Made by a program: the position numbers and the translations under genes. Shown here piece by piece: positions 1-11,618 of a stretch of 64,000 nucleotides of DNA; positions within the stretch are counted from its first letter, which is position 1, and each line of letters begins with the position of its first letter. Below the pieces are notes generated by a model. It saw only the letters and a list, made by a program, of their open reading frames with translations, made no database searches and had not been told where the DNA came from. Origin of the DNA: Octopus sinensis (taxonomy: Eukaryota); NCBI RefSeq assembly GCF_006345805.1, contig NC_042999.1, positions 68,634,001 to 68,698,000 of the forward strand, written 5' to 3'.

Positions 1-35
1 CCATCACCGCCTCTGCTGCCAAAACCACCAGCATA

Positions 36-68
<33 letters not shown>

Positions 69-493
69 GACCAACACTACCACCACTTTCACCTCCACCA
101 CCTTCCCTCTCATCTTAATTCTCCTCTTTTTGTTTTTAACAAGGAATGGTGAAATTGTGATGTTTATACGTGTTACACTTTTACGCATCAACGTTTCACA
201 ATGTCAACACAAAAAACGCCCCCTCTCCAATTCGAACCCTCACTGCCCCGCATTTTACATACACCTTCGTTCATTAAGCCTTCTCTCTCCACCCTCATCA
301 CTTTCCTTTCCATCACCATCAATGACAACATCGGCAACCCGCAAAAAAACCACAATCCCACCACTACTACCGCCACCCACCACACCACCACCACCACCAC
401 CACCACCACCACCACCACCACACCACCATCACCACCACTCACACCACCACCACCCAAACCATCACCGCCTCTGCTGCCAAAACCACCAGCATA

Positions 494-525
<32 letters not shown>

Positions 526-895
526 AAACTACCACCACTTTCACCTCCACCACCTTCCCTCTCATCTTAATTCTCCTCTTTTTGTTTTTACCTCGAGATT
601 GGTAAATTGATGTTTATACGTTACACTTTTACGCATCAACGTTTCACAATGTCAACACAAAACGCCCCCTCTCCAATTCGAACCCTCACTGCCGCATTTA
701 CACCTTATCGTTCATTAAGCCTTCTCTCCCACCCTCATCACTTTCACCATCATCAATGACAACATCGGCAACAGCAAAAACCAACAATCCCACCACTACT
801 ACCGCCACCACCACCACCACCACCACCACCACCACCACCACCACCACCACCGCCGCGACCACCACCACCACCACGGCCACCGCCGCCGCCACCTG
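1..895. repeat. Tandem duplication, unit about 452 bp, containing (CAC)n/(TAC)n tracts
   Basis: ccatcaccgcctctgctgcc occurs at 1 and 459; ttaattctcctctttttgttttta occurs at 115 and 567. The copies differ mostly by small indels. Confidence 0.85.
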
Positions 896-954
896 ACTGT
901 GTACAATGCTCAATAGCGTGGAATAACAACTATTCTGAAACCGGTAATGGGATT

Positions 955-1157
955 AAATATAGAGGGAAAAGAAAGGAAGAAAGAGATAGAGAGGGGGGAG
1001 AGAATGGGGGAGAGAGAGAGAAAGAGAGAGATGAAGAAAGAGGGACATGGAAAGAGAGGGAGGGAGAGAGAGAGCGGGGGGTAGAAATAGAGAGGGAGAT
1101 GGAGAGAGGGAAGGAGATGGAGAGAAAGGGAGATGGATAGTGAGGGAAATGGAGAAG

Positions 1158-1194
<37 letters not shown>

Positions 1195-1210
1195 AAGAGG
1201 GAAGAGAGCC
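955..1210. repeat. Purine-rich (GA)n-derived low-complexity tract
   Basis: Nearly pure G/A run on the + strand. Confidence 0.9.
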
Positions 1211-1579
1211 AAATGAAATACCATAATTCCGAGATGCTACAATCGGACCTGCCTCCCTCCCTCCCACCGAATCTCTATTCCGACTGAAAAAGCATCTTGT
1301 ATGACACTCGCATCGAGTCAAAACCCGTCAACAATGGCCGTAAAGACTATTTAGAATTCACGAGTGACACAGTCCCCGCTTTCGTGTCGTTTGTTTTGTT
1401 TTGCTTTGTTTTGTTTTGCTTTGTTTTTTTTTTTCTCTCTCTTCCCCCATGCTATGTCATCTGACTTATGTCAGCCGCACGGATTTATCTAATAATAACG
1501 ATATTACAACCCGTAATAATATAACGAAGACGATAATGATAATGACTAGCGATAATGCTGATGCCAACGATAGTGATAC

Positions 1580-1581
1580 TC

Positions 1582-1658
<77 letters not shown>

Positions 1659-1665
1659 AATGATG

Positions 1666-1699
<34 letters not shown>

Positions 1700-1947
1700 T
1701 GATGATAATAATAATAATAATGATAATAATGATGATGATAATAATAATAATAATGATAATAATGATGATAATAATAATAATAATAATGATGATAATAATA
1801 ATAATAATGATAATAATAATGATAATAATAATAATAGTAATAATAATAATTATAATGATAATAATAATAATAATAATTATAATGATAATAATAATAATAA
1901 TAATTATTATTATAATAATTATAATGATAATAATAATAATAATGATG

Positions 1948-1996
<49 letters not shown>

Positions 1997-2015
1997 TGAT
2001 GATGATGGTAATAAT
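1580..2015. repeat. (AAT)n/(GAT)n microsatellite, about 430 bp
   Basis: Direct reading; explains the poly-N, poly-I and poly-M ORFs. Confidence 0.97.
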
Positions 2016-2175
2016 ATTGTCATTATTGTCAATATAAAAAGCATCAATAACAGTTTTATTAGTGTGACTTGCCTTATCACTCGTTCTTGGCAAGTGGCTG
2101 TTATTAATTTAATTTCTAATGAGTAAAACGTCAGCTTGTAAATTACTGATGCTGGTGTTTATACTATTATTATTA

Positions 2176-2212
<37 letters not shown>

Positions 2213-2239
2213 CATTGTTATTATTATTACTGTTGTTAT

Positions 2240-2295
2240 TATTGTTGCAGTTTTATTAGCCTTTCAATGTCGGATTCAGGGTAACGTCTATGTTC
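2240..2295 (-). mobile_element. Tiny fragment of an RLE-type LINE
   Basis: Translates HRRYPESDIERL, similar to HHPKSDIERL of the LINE at 11619-13105. Confidence 0.3.
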
Positions 2296-2663
2296 ATATA
2301 CATATCTGTGTGTATGTATGTATGTGTGTGTGTGTGTGTGTGAGTGTGTGTGTGTGTGTGTGTGTGTTGTGTGTGTGTGTGTGTATGTGTGTGTGTGTTT
2401 GTGCGTGCGTGCGTGGTGTTTCAAGCAAAGGTTCGTAACGGCCTCATTGTCGCCTCCGACCAACCGGTGAGGACAATGAGTCTATCGTAACCTAATAAGG
2501 AACGCGTTCTGACGGCAACAGAGACAGGGGCGGGGGGGGGCAGCGGTTTACAAGGATTTTTATTGCTCTTGCTGGTTGTATGTGTGTGTGTGTGTACCTC
2601 TGCATGTACTTGGGTTTTATGTAAATATACATACATATAGAGACATACGCACACATACACATA

Positions 2664-2695
<32 letters not shown>

Positions 2696-2719
2696 TATAT
2701 ATATATCTATATATATATC

Positions 2720-2750
<31 letters not shown>

Positions 2751-2933
2751 GTTTATACCATGCCCATATGTACATACACATATTCATATATACGGATATT
2801 ACATGCACGTACCAATATATATGTGGTGTGTGTGTGTGTGTGTGTGTATATATTATAATATATGTGTGTGTTTGTGTGTGTATATATATGTATTTATGTA
2901 TATATATATGTATTTATGTATATATATTGTATT

Positions 2934-2974
<41 letters not shown>

Positions 2975-3204
2975 ATATATATTCATTTGTATATATGTAC
3001 ATATATGTATGTTATACATATAGAAATACATATACATATGCATATATATATATACACACACAAACACACACACTCACAGAAACACGTACACACACACATA
3101 TACATAGACGTATATACACACGTACATGATAGTCATTCCCACAAAAACTCACGCAAACACTCACGTACGCAAACTTATATGAACACATATACATACATAG
3201 ATAT

Positions 3205-3246
<42 letters not shown>

Positions 3247-3657
3247 AGGAGAAGGTCACACCATGTGTCTCGTATTCTGTCGTCTCTTAGGTGCGAACAA
3301 CGAGAACCGAAGGGTGGTACAGAGGTGCCTGGTTGAGCACTCTAATGATATAGCTAATGGCAACTAATGGAACTTTTTCCTTTAAATAGCAAACAAGGAG
3401 TAAACAGAGCGAGACAACACGATAAACTTAGACAAATTGGTAACAACAAATACAAAATGTAAAAAAAAAAATGAAAAAGAAAACAACAATCACGGCAAAG
3501 AAGATACATAAATACAAGCAAAGAACTGCATTAATCCCTCGACTAACGCGGGTGTAACATTCCAACCCCACTCTCCTCCACCCCGTGTGAGGTGAAAATC
3601 CGCGAAGTAGAAACATTATTGTACCTTATTTAGTTTTCCTTTTTTTTTTAAAATTCC

Positions 3658-3854
3658 TTTGACTGCGGCCCTGCTGTAGTAACCCGCCTTTTTTAGCCCA
3701 ACAAATCGACCCCTAGGACTTATTCATTGTAACCCTAGTACTTATTCTATCGGATCCTCTTTTGCCGGACCGGTAAGTTATAGTGACGTAAACACACCAA
3801 CATCGACTGTCAAGCGATGATGGGGGACAAACACAGACACTCACACACACACAC

Positions 3855-3906
<52 letters not shown>

Positions 3907-4012
3907 ATACGACGGGTTTCTTTCATTTTCCGTCTACCAAATTCACTCACGCAGTGGGACTGAACCCGGAACCATGTGGTTGAAAAGCAAGCCACTTACT
4001 ACACAGTCACTC
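3658..4012 (-). mobile_element. tRNA-derived SINE group B with internal microsatellite and internal deletion
   Basis: Head aggagtgactgtgtagtaagtggcttg...ccgggttcagtcccactgcg; 3' part matches the other B copies (13315, 27415, 48145). Confidence 0.85.
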
Positions 4013-4147
4013 CTTTGTTATTATTATTATTTCTCTTTGCATATATTTATTTTATTATAAATGCAAAACAACACTACGGAGGAATCGATGTAAGCTTAAA
4101 TAGTAAACCGCAATACGGCGAGGGTGGTGACAATACAGGTGCAGGTA

Positions 4148-4350
4148 AAGGCGGCGAGCTGGCAGAAACGTTAGCACGTCGGGCGAAATGCTTAGCAGTA
4201 TTTCGTCTGTCGCTACGTTCTGAGTTCAAATTCCGCCGAGGTCGACTTTGCCTTTCATCCTTTCGGGGTCGATTAAATAAGTACTAGTTGTATACTGGGA
4301 TCAATCTAGTCGACTTGCCCCTTCTCACAAAATTTCGGTCCTTGTGCCTA
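4148..4350 (+). mobile_element. tRNA-derived SINE group A (short-tail type)
   Basis: A-box-like TGGCAGAAACGTT and B-box-like GAGTTCAAATTCC; about 20 related copies in the window. Confidence 0.9.
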
Positions 4351-4383
4351 GAGAAGAAAAGCATATGGGTGCAAGTATTAAGC

Positions 4384-4595
4384 GGCCAACTGGTAATATC
4401 GTTAGCATACCGGGCAAAATGTTTCACGGCATTTCGTCCGTCTTTACGTTCTGAGTTCAAATACTGCCGAAGTCAACTTTGCCTTTCATTCCTTCACGGT
4501 CGATAAAAGAAGTACCAGTTGAGCTGGCGGGGTCGATATAAGAGACTTACCTGTCCTCGAAATGCTGGGTTTTGCCAAAGTTTGAAAACTATATG
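4384..4595 (+). mobile_element. SINE group A, diverged
   Basis: Colinear with the 4148 copy (tacgttctgagttcaaat...actttgcctttcat). Confidence 0.85.
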
Positions 4596-4753
4596 TGTAG
4601 GCATAGGTTTACGACTATATTGTTTCAGGATCAATCCCACAGTGCGGCACCTTGAGCAAGTATTTTCTACAATAACTCCTGACCGGAATATTTATTCCTT
4701 GTGTTTGAATCTGGCAGATGTAGATTGGAATCTTGTCGAATCTTTCTGTCCAC

Positions 4754-4859
<106 letters not shown>

Positions 4860-5017
4860 TCTATCTATACACACACACATACATATATGTGTATGTGTAA
4901 GTGTGGTTGTGTGTATGTATGTATGTATGTGCTAGAAACTCCAGTTAAAATTTCCTGAAATGACATCGTAATATCATAAAAAGAATAGACACATTGGGTA
5001 ATATTGATTTTAAATTT

Positions 5018-5205
5018 TTGCACAAGGCCAGCAATTTTGGGCAGGATCTAAGTCGATTACATCAACCTCAGTGTTCAATTGGTACTTAATTTATCGACCC
5101 CGAAAGAGATGAAAGGCAAAGTCGACTTCGGCGGAATTTGAACTCAGAACGTTAAGACAGAGAAAATGCCGCCAAGAATTTTGCCCGGCGTGTTGACAAC
5201 TCTAC
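5018..5205 (-). mobile_element. SINE group A
   Basis: gaaaggcaaagtcgacttcggcggaatttgaactcagaacg is the reverse complement of the A core. Confidence 0.85.
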
Positions 5206-6026
5206 ACGGAATTCAAGTTGCAGGGGCCATTTCTGGAATGGCTTCAGTCATAAGTCGGTTTCAGGTAGGAAACAACAGCAATACCATAAACACCGCATAG
5301 GAAAGATAAACAAATAACAAAAACATTGAGCGGGAAAAAAATTACGAGTAAGAAGTAAGGAGTTGTAGTGGTGGAGATGGGGAGGAGGGACGGGAAGAGG
5401 GATTGGACGAAAGATTTACAGAGGGAAATATATAAGGAGGAATATAATCGGGGGAGGGATGCCAAGAGGGAAGAGGAGATAAGATCCCTACCGCCCTTTC
5501 CTTGCTAGCTATCCGTAATTGTAAAGGCGATTACAATATTTCCGCTAATTAGGGTTCAATCGCAACAGACGGCTCGGTTGTAGTAGCTGTAATCGTAATA
5601 ATTTTCTATTGTGCTTGTTTCTTTTTTTTTTTTTAGTTTTGTTGCTATTGTTATGGTTATTGTTGTTATTATTATACTGTTACGTTTGTTTGTTAGTTTT
5701 TGTCTGTATTGTTTTTCTTTGCTGGAGGTGATGGTGAAGGCGTGATGATAGGGAGTATTTGTGGTCGCCAATGTTGTCGGTTGGTGTTAATAGGAACTTT
5801 ATTTTTCTTGTTTTGTTTATTATGTTTGCGATATATGTGGGGAAGGTTTTTGCAAGGACGAATAGGTTGCCTTCTCTATGGCTCGCACACTCACATACAG
5901 ACACACATTTATATACACACATGTAGACATACATATTTTCTATATGTGTGTATGAATGTGGGTGTATATATATATATATGCGCGTGTGTATATATGTATG
6001 CGGTGTAAAAATATATTTATTGATGT

Positions 6027-6068
<42 letters not shown>

Positions 6069-6117
6069 GCATACGTACATGCACACACACGCACACACAT
6101 AAATATATAGATATACA

Positions 6118-6275
6118 ACAGGCATCTTTCAGTTCCCGTTTACCAAATCCACTCACAAGGATTTGGTCGGCCCGAGTCTATAGTAAAATACACTTTCCGA
6201 AGGTACCACGCAATGGGACTGAAGCCCCGGAATCATGTGTTTGGGAAACAAGCTTCTTATCACACACCCACGTCT
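6118..6275 (-). mobile_element. SINE group B, 5' half
   Basis: tttcagttcccgtttaccaaatccactcacaagg...gggactgaa matches B copies. Confidence 0.8.
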
Positions 6276-6299
6276 GTACCTATATATATATATATATCC

Positions 6300-6904
6300 A
6301 AATAAGCAACAAGGATATCCAAGGTAGAGGAGTACAATTGTTTCATGCTACTTCATTTTATTAAACACTGTAAGTATTACATCAGTTTTAAAATGTCGAG
6401 CAATCTTCAGCCACATATAGAATTTTTCAATTAAACGGGCAATGCACATTCTTATACTTATTTCATTTGCCAACATTACAAAGAGGGTAGATATGTAGAC
6501 AGAGAAGTTAATTTCATCATTAAGAGGATGATGGTAGTATGTTCATTCTCCGTCTGTAGATTTTATCACTAAGTTCACTTTGTTATTAGATCTATCAGTG
6601 GGGAGGGTTTTTTTTTATCCTTGGTTGAATGGAGACAAACAAGAATTTTTTCTATTTATAGATAGAGGAAGGGGTACTACAAATATCAAAACCATAAATC
6701 CATCTTCATTTTGAGGAATTTAGTTTAGACATATTTGAATGTATTATAGCAAAAAGCTAGTAGGCTGAAGTTAGTGGGGTAGGGAGAATAGAGACTACTA
6801 ATGCTCTAGAGGTTTTCAATGTCCCTTACCATTCAACAGCCAAATTTTCTAAAGGATTTCAATAAATATTAGTATCTTATATAGGGATAGAAAATATAGA
6901 AATC

Positions 6905-6953
<49 letters not shown>

Positions 6954-7102
6954 ATTTCTATTAATATTGAATCATAATTAGTTAGTAAATAGTGATTATT
7001 TTATTAATGAGTTGAAATTAAAAGAATATGCTAGACATGATATTTACTAACCGTGGAAAAATATTTGTACAACTCTCCCTTGGATATCCTTGCTGCTTAT
7101 TT
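6300..7102. mobile_element. Element bounded by 38-bp inverted repeats; Penelope-like terminal repeat or MITE
   Basis: 6300-6337 versus the reverse complement of 7065-7102 is 34/38 identical. The minus strand carries CTGAAGA (6404-6410) followed by AATAAA, as in Penelope pseudo-LTRs. Confidence 0.5.
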
Positions 7103-7197
7103 TTATTATAATTTGATTTATATGGCTAATACCATACACAATTCTGGTGCCTTTAACTTAAGTACCATATTCATCTGAATCTAAATTTTGCTGAACT

Positions 7198-7236
<39 letters not shown>

Positions 7237-7262
7237 TTGAATGTATATATGTATGTATATTG

Positions 7263-7936
7263 TACGGAGAATAAATTGTCGTCTACATTACGCAAAAATG
7301 AAAGTAGCACTGATATCTCATATTTACCAAAATTACATGAAAATATCTTGAAATACTAAACAGTAAATTTATGCAATAAAATTGCCATTGGCTTCAACCA
7401 CGATGGCGACTTCGGAATCTCCTGCAACTCTTCTGGACGGTTTCCTTGTTTAAGTTGGTGAATGGTGTCATAATCCTTGCCTTCAGTTCATCTTTGGTGT
7501 TGCAAGAAGGGGTTTTGTTGGTCTCTCGCTCAACTGTGCCCCACACATAATAACTAAGGAGGTTGCAGTCTGGGGAGTTAGGTGGCCTGATGTTAGGGGT
7601 GATGTGGATACAGAAGTTGTCTGACAGCCATGACTGGGTTCTCCTGCTTGGGTGGTATGGTGCAGAGTCCTGTTGCCAGGCATAGGATCTTCTAGCAGCA
7701 CAACCTCCTCCAGGCACTTGATGTAGGCCTCCGCGTTGAGTCTGAGGCCGAGTGCGAAGATGAATGGAGGCATAATGTCGCCATCACTAGTGATCATGAA
7801 AATAGCACTGACATCTCATATTTACCAAACACCATGCCGTTGAATGGATGTTTGATTTTCATCACTCTCGGTATATGTTTAGAGGACATGGAAAGCCAAC
7901 CGTTGTTCTGTGTGTTCACCATCTGATCCTGGCAGA
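7263..7936 (-). mobile_element. Tc1/mariner maT (DD37D-type) transposase remnant, catalytic domain and 3' end
   Basis: Translates CQDQMVNTQNNGWL...MVFG/ITSDGDIMPPFIF...WQQDSAPYHPSRRTQ...PPNSPDCNLLSYYVWG. There are 37 residues between the second D and the third catalytic position (here S). Frameshifts are present. Confidence 0.9.
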
Positions 7937-8890
7937 TCATCGGCTGATTGGGTCCATAAGGTCAAAATTGCTTTTGACCCCACCCAATCAACATTTTTAC
8001 ATTTAAGAGCCTGGCAGGGCCGCCACCCAGACTCCGACGGATAGTGTCATCTATCCACTCGGTCTCTATACCGTGTGGCAGCCCACACACCCAGGCTCTT
8101 GTCAACTTTCTACCGCCATAAGTAGGAAGAGACAAAATTGTCTCCCCTTCCAAAGGCATTCTCGCAAAATCACGAGCTTCCACAGGAGTGTCAAAAAGTA
8201 TACACACAGTTGCGTACTTCGCACCCTTGCGGATAAACCTCACAGTCTACCAACTCCTCCTCAATTTCTTCCTGAGAGAAGACCTTGATTGTGCCAAGGA
8301 CCCTGGAATAGGTCATTAACACCACCGTTCTCTCCGTATAATTTTTCAACCATTCTTTGGGGGCCACAAGTTTCCACTCCAAAGCGGATTTCACAGTTGC
8401 CACGTTGATAGCCAGCACAAAAATAAAATTCCACAAGCAAAAATCAAAATGTTCAAATGAAAGTCTATAAAGAAACTTTTTAAAAAATCAGAAAGACAGA
8501 CAGGAGAAGAAAGAGCGAAGGGAGATAGTCCAAAATGGCAACACAACACAACACAATTCTGCTATTCTGGTCTGGTAATCCAAACTGGTAGTCCTTCGCA
8601 GCACAAATAATATTCCGTCCAACTCTGGCTTTACTCCTTACCCTTTATGGTAAAAATCCACTTGAAAGAGCACAAACAGTCATAGAAAATTCCAAAATAT
8701 TTCGGAGGGACACGCCTCCCAAAATAAACACAATTCTCACTACGAAGTGAGTCTTCTTGCTCGACCACTGGCAAACAAATGCCTGGAACCCAGTGGAGAC
8801 CCCTGTTTGAAAAAAATACTTAAATACAAACAGCAGACCCCACTAAGCTCCCAAAAAACAAATGCTTTACCTGTGGTCGTGCTTCAAATG
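7937..8890 (-). mobile_element. 5' UTR plus N-terminal ORF1 (gag-like) of a Tx1/L1-like non-LTR element, 3'-truncated
   Basis: Peptides LEWKLVAPKEWLK...RTVVL and YATVCILFDTP...RAWVCGLPHGIETEWI are homologous (about 45-50% by eye) to the ORF1 at 43381-44630. Confidence 0.75.
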
Positions 8891-8994
8891 TTCATTTTTT
8901 CACGTACGACGTGACTTCCACCGCAACGAAAAACAACGCGACAACTTGGTAGCAGTAAGCTAGCTACTTACCACACAGTCACTCCTGCGCCTAT

Positions 8995-9216
8995 CATGTT
9001 TTTCTTTTTCCGAGATTACCGTGGTATTTTATTCAGAGGCTTTTCTTTACTCGGATAACCCTAGTCAGCGTTATATTTTCTCCCTCTTTTGGGAATTTCT
9101 GTTGTTCCAACGTTACCTTGTTATTTCTTGTGTACACGTCCCAGAACGTTTTCGATCCCTACATTGTATTCTCCCCCTGCCCCGTGTTCGGCCCTTCGTG
9201 GCCTAATAAAGAAATC
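8995..9216 (+). mobile_element. 3' UTR fragment of a Tx1-like LINE
   Basis: ttaccgtggt...ggcttttcttt and the terminal ggcccttcgtggcctaataaagaaa match the 3' end of the LINE at 54976-57510. Confidence 0.65.
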
Positions 9217-10141
9217 TACTTAATGTTAGTTTTTAACTTCTTTACGTTGCAAAACTAGCGGCTGCCCAACTTGTGTGGTCTATGTGCTTATTTTAATTAT
9301 TATACTGTTTATTCGTGGTTTCTTCTTATCATTTACTGAGACATAAATGAAACATGGTCTTATTATTATTAAAATAAGAAGAATTTTTTTTTTAATTTCC
9401 AATGCTAAGATGTACAAAAGAATTTATTGTAAAAAAATCTGTAGCCAGCGTGTTAAATCTTTCTAGAAATTGAAAAGTAGACTAAACAGTAACTTAAAGT
9501 AATTACGCTTTAATTTGTAGATCGCACACCAAAGTAGCACCAAAATTTCGATTATGTCTTCGATATCGTTCCATAGTAAAAGCAGTGATAAAACAAAACC
9601 AGTCTAAAGGGTAACACTCAAACACATGTCGTGACTAGAAGAGAAATTTCATAGATGAATCCCCCGAAGCTAATGAGGAGTATACGAGGCGTGATTGTGG
9701 CAAGCCTGAAAACAATAATATACAAATAATCAGATTAGAAATATAAACCAAGGAGAAATGTATGATATTTTGTTGTTATTCTGTCTCTATATTATATCAC
9801 GGTACAATAACCTTCACTTAATTACTTCAATTGTTATTTTGTTTAAACAACGGACTGTTGTCTGGCCGTCAGCGACATATTTATTTGAGTGGGTGAGGAA
9901 GGTGACAGACAGGCAGGCAAACAGACAGACGGACAGAGAGAGAGAGAGAGAAAGAGCGGGGGAGAGGGGGGTGAAGGAGAAGAATTAAACGGGGTGTGAC
10001 AAGTGTGATTCGTTAGTGTTAGTATATGGCTGGGAAGCTGTAACTCATGACACCTAACCAAATTAGAAGGCTGGGAATGGCATAGAGCGCGAGAAAGCAG
10101 ACAGCAGGAGGCGTCAGAGAAGGCAGGAGTAAGATCTCTCA

Positions 10142-10197
<56 letters not shown>

Positions 10198-10198
10198 C

Positions 10199-10362
10199 CA
10201 GGAGTGGCTGTGTGGTAAGTAGCTTGCTACCTAACCACATGGTCCCGGGTTCAGTCCCACTGCGTGGCACCTAGGGCAAGTGTCTTCTACCATAGCCTCA
10301 GTCCGGCCAAAGCCTTGTGAGTAGATTTGGTAGACTGAAACTGAAAGAATCCCGTCGTATAT
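10199..10362 (+). mobile_element. SINE group B, 5' half
   Basis: aggagtggctgtgtggtaagtagcttg...ccgggttcagtcccactgcgtggcac. Confidence 0.9.
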
Positions 10363-10377
10363 ATGTATATATATATA

Positions 10378-10410
<33 letters not shown>

Positions 10411-10706
10411 CACAAGCATAGTTACATATACGCCAATACACACACAAACACACATTGATTTTAACTTGCTTCTGTACCACATAGCGTGAGGCATTCTGTC
10501 TGTAAAATTTATGTAAACTCGTGCGCGCGCGCACACATTTCCTTTTTGCATACATATAAAATAACGATGTTTTGCCAACCTAATGTGGTAGTCCCATTTT
10601 AGGGCGTGCCATATTAGGTTGACAAAAAATCGTTACTTTAATTATCTTTCGTTGACAGATTTAGGGACAACATCGTTTCTATTAAATATATATATATATA
10701 ATACAT

Positions 10707-10886
10707 ACCGCTAAGCACTTTGTGTGACGTGCTCACGGTTCTGTCAGTTCACCGCTTTATAATCCTTTCTTTTATAGGTAGAAGACCTGACATTTTGAGG
10801 TGGAGCGGGAATGGGGGTGGCTAATCGATTACATCGACCCAAGTGTTTTACTGGTACTTAATTTATCGACTCGAAAAGAAAAAAGG
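10707..10886 (-). mobile_element. SINE group A fragments
   Basis: Head piece at 10707-10755 and 3' piece aatcgattacatcgaccc...ggtacttaatttatcgac. Confidence 0.7.
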
Positions 10887-10892
10887 CGCAGT

Positions 10893-11483
10893 CAGGGCAA
10901 GGTAGCCCAAAACATTCACTGGCTACTATGTCAGATGTATGGATACGAGTTAACGGGTGCTTGGTACCAACATATACCGGAAAATGTGATTTAAGAAAAG
11001 GGGAAGGCAAAAGTACTCTGGGACTTTGACTTCCTGACAGACAAGGTGTTAGAGCACCGAAGGCCGGATATAGTAACATTTAAGGGGTAAAAACAAGAGT
11101 GCCTAATAATCGACGTAGGAGCGCCAGGAGATCAACATATTATCATGAAAGAAAGAGAAAAGGTTGATAAATATGGAGACCTGAGAATTGAGATCGCTAA
11201 GATGTGGCAGCTATGAGAGTCAAACATAAAGTTTGCCCTGTTGTCATCGGAGCATTGGGTTCAATACTACCCAACCTGAAAAAAAAAAACATCTGGAAAC
11301 TTTAGAAATACCCTACATTCTAGGTGTATTGAAAAAAATCGGCATTACTTGGAACAGACGCACATTGCGTAAAGTTCTGTCTGTCTGAGGTCCTTGTTGT
11401 GTCTTGATAAACGGTACAAATGTCCGGCACGCAATATCTTCAATCAACAACATCATGATATTGGATACCGTGCGACGTCTTAA
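10893..11483 (+). mobile_element. 3' fragment of an RLE-type (R4/Dong-like) LINE with (TAC)n tail
   Basis: IHWLLCQMYG...VLWDFDFLTDKVLEHRRPDIV...IIDVGAPGD...EKVDKYGDLRIEIAKMW...VVIGALG: a PD-(D/E)xK endonuclease with stops. Confidence 0.85.
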
Positions 11484-11504
11484 ATACTACTACTACTGCT
11501 GCTG

Positions 11505-11573
<69 letters not shown>

Positions 11574-11586
11574 ATAATAATAATAA

Positions 11587-11617
<31 letters not shown>

Positions 11618-11618
11618 A
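11484..11618. repeat. Compound (TAC)n(TAA)n(GAA)n microsatellite
   Basis: Direct reading. Confidence 0.95.

Noticed and set aside
130-2126. Long ORFs encoding poly-P/H/T/N/I/M
   Set aside because: They are translations of (CAC)n, (TAC)n and (AAT)n microsatellites; there is no domain or splice context.
4148-4240. tRNA genes at SINE heads
   Set aside because: A/B boxes are present but there is no complete cloverleaf or acceptor stem, and each continues into SINE body sequence.
5500-5580. Homeodomain-type sites (TAATT, GATTAC; also TTTATGG/TAATTA near 23315) as conserved enhancers
   Set aside because: Short motifs are expected by chance in AT-rich DNA; conservation data are needed.
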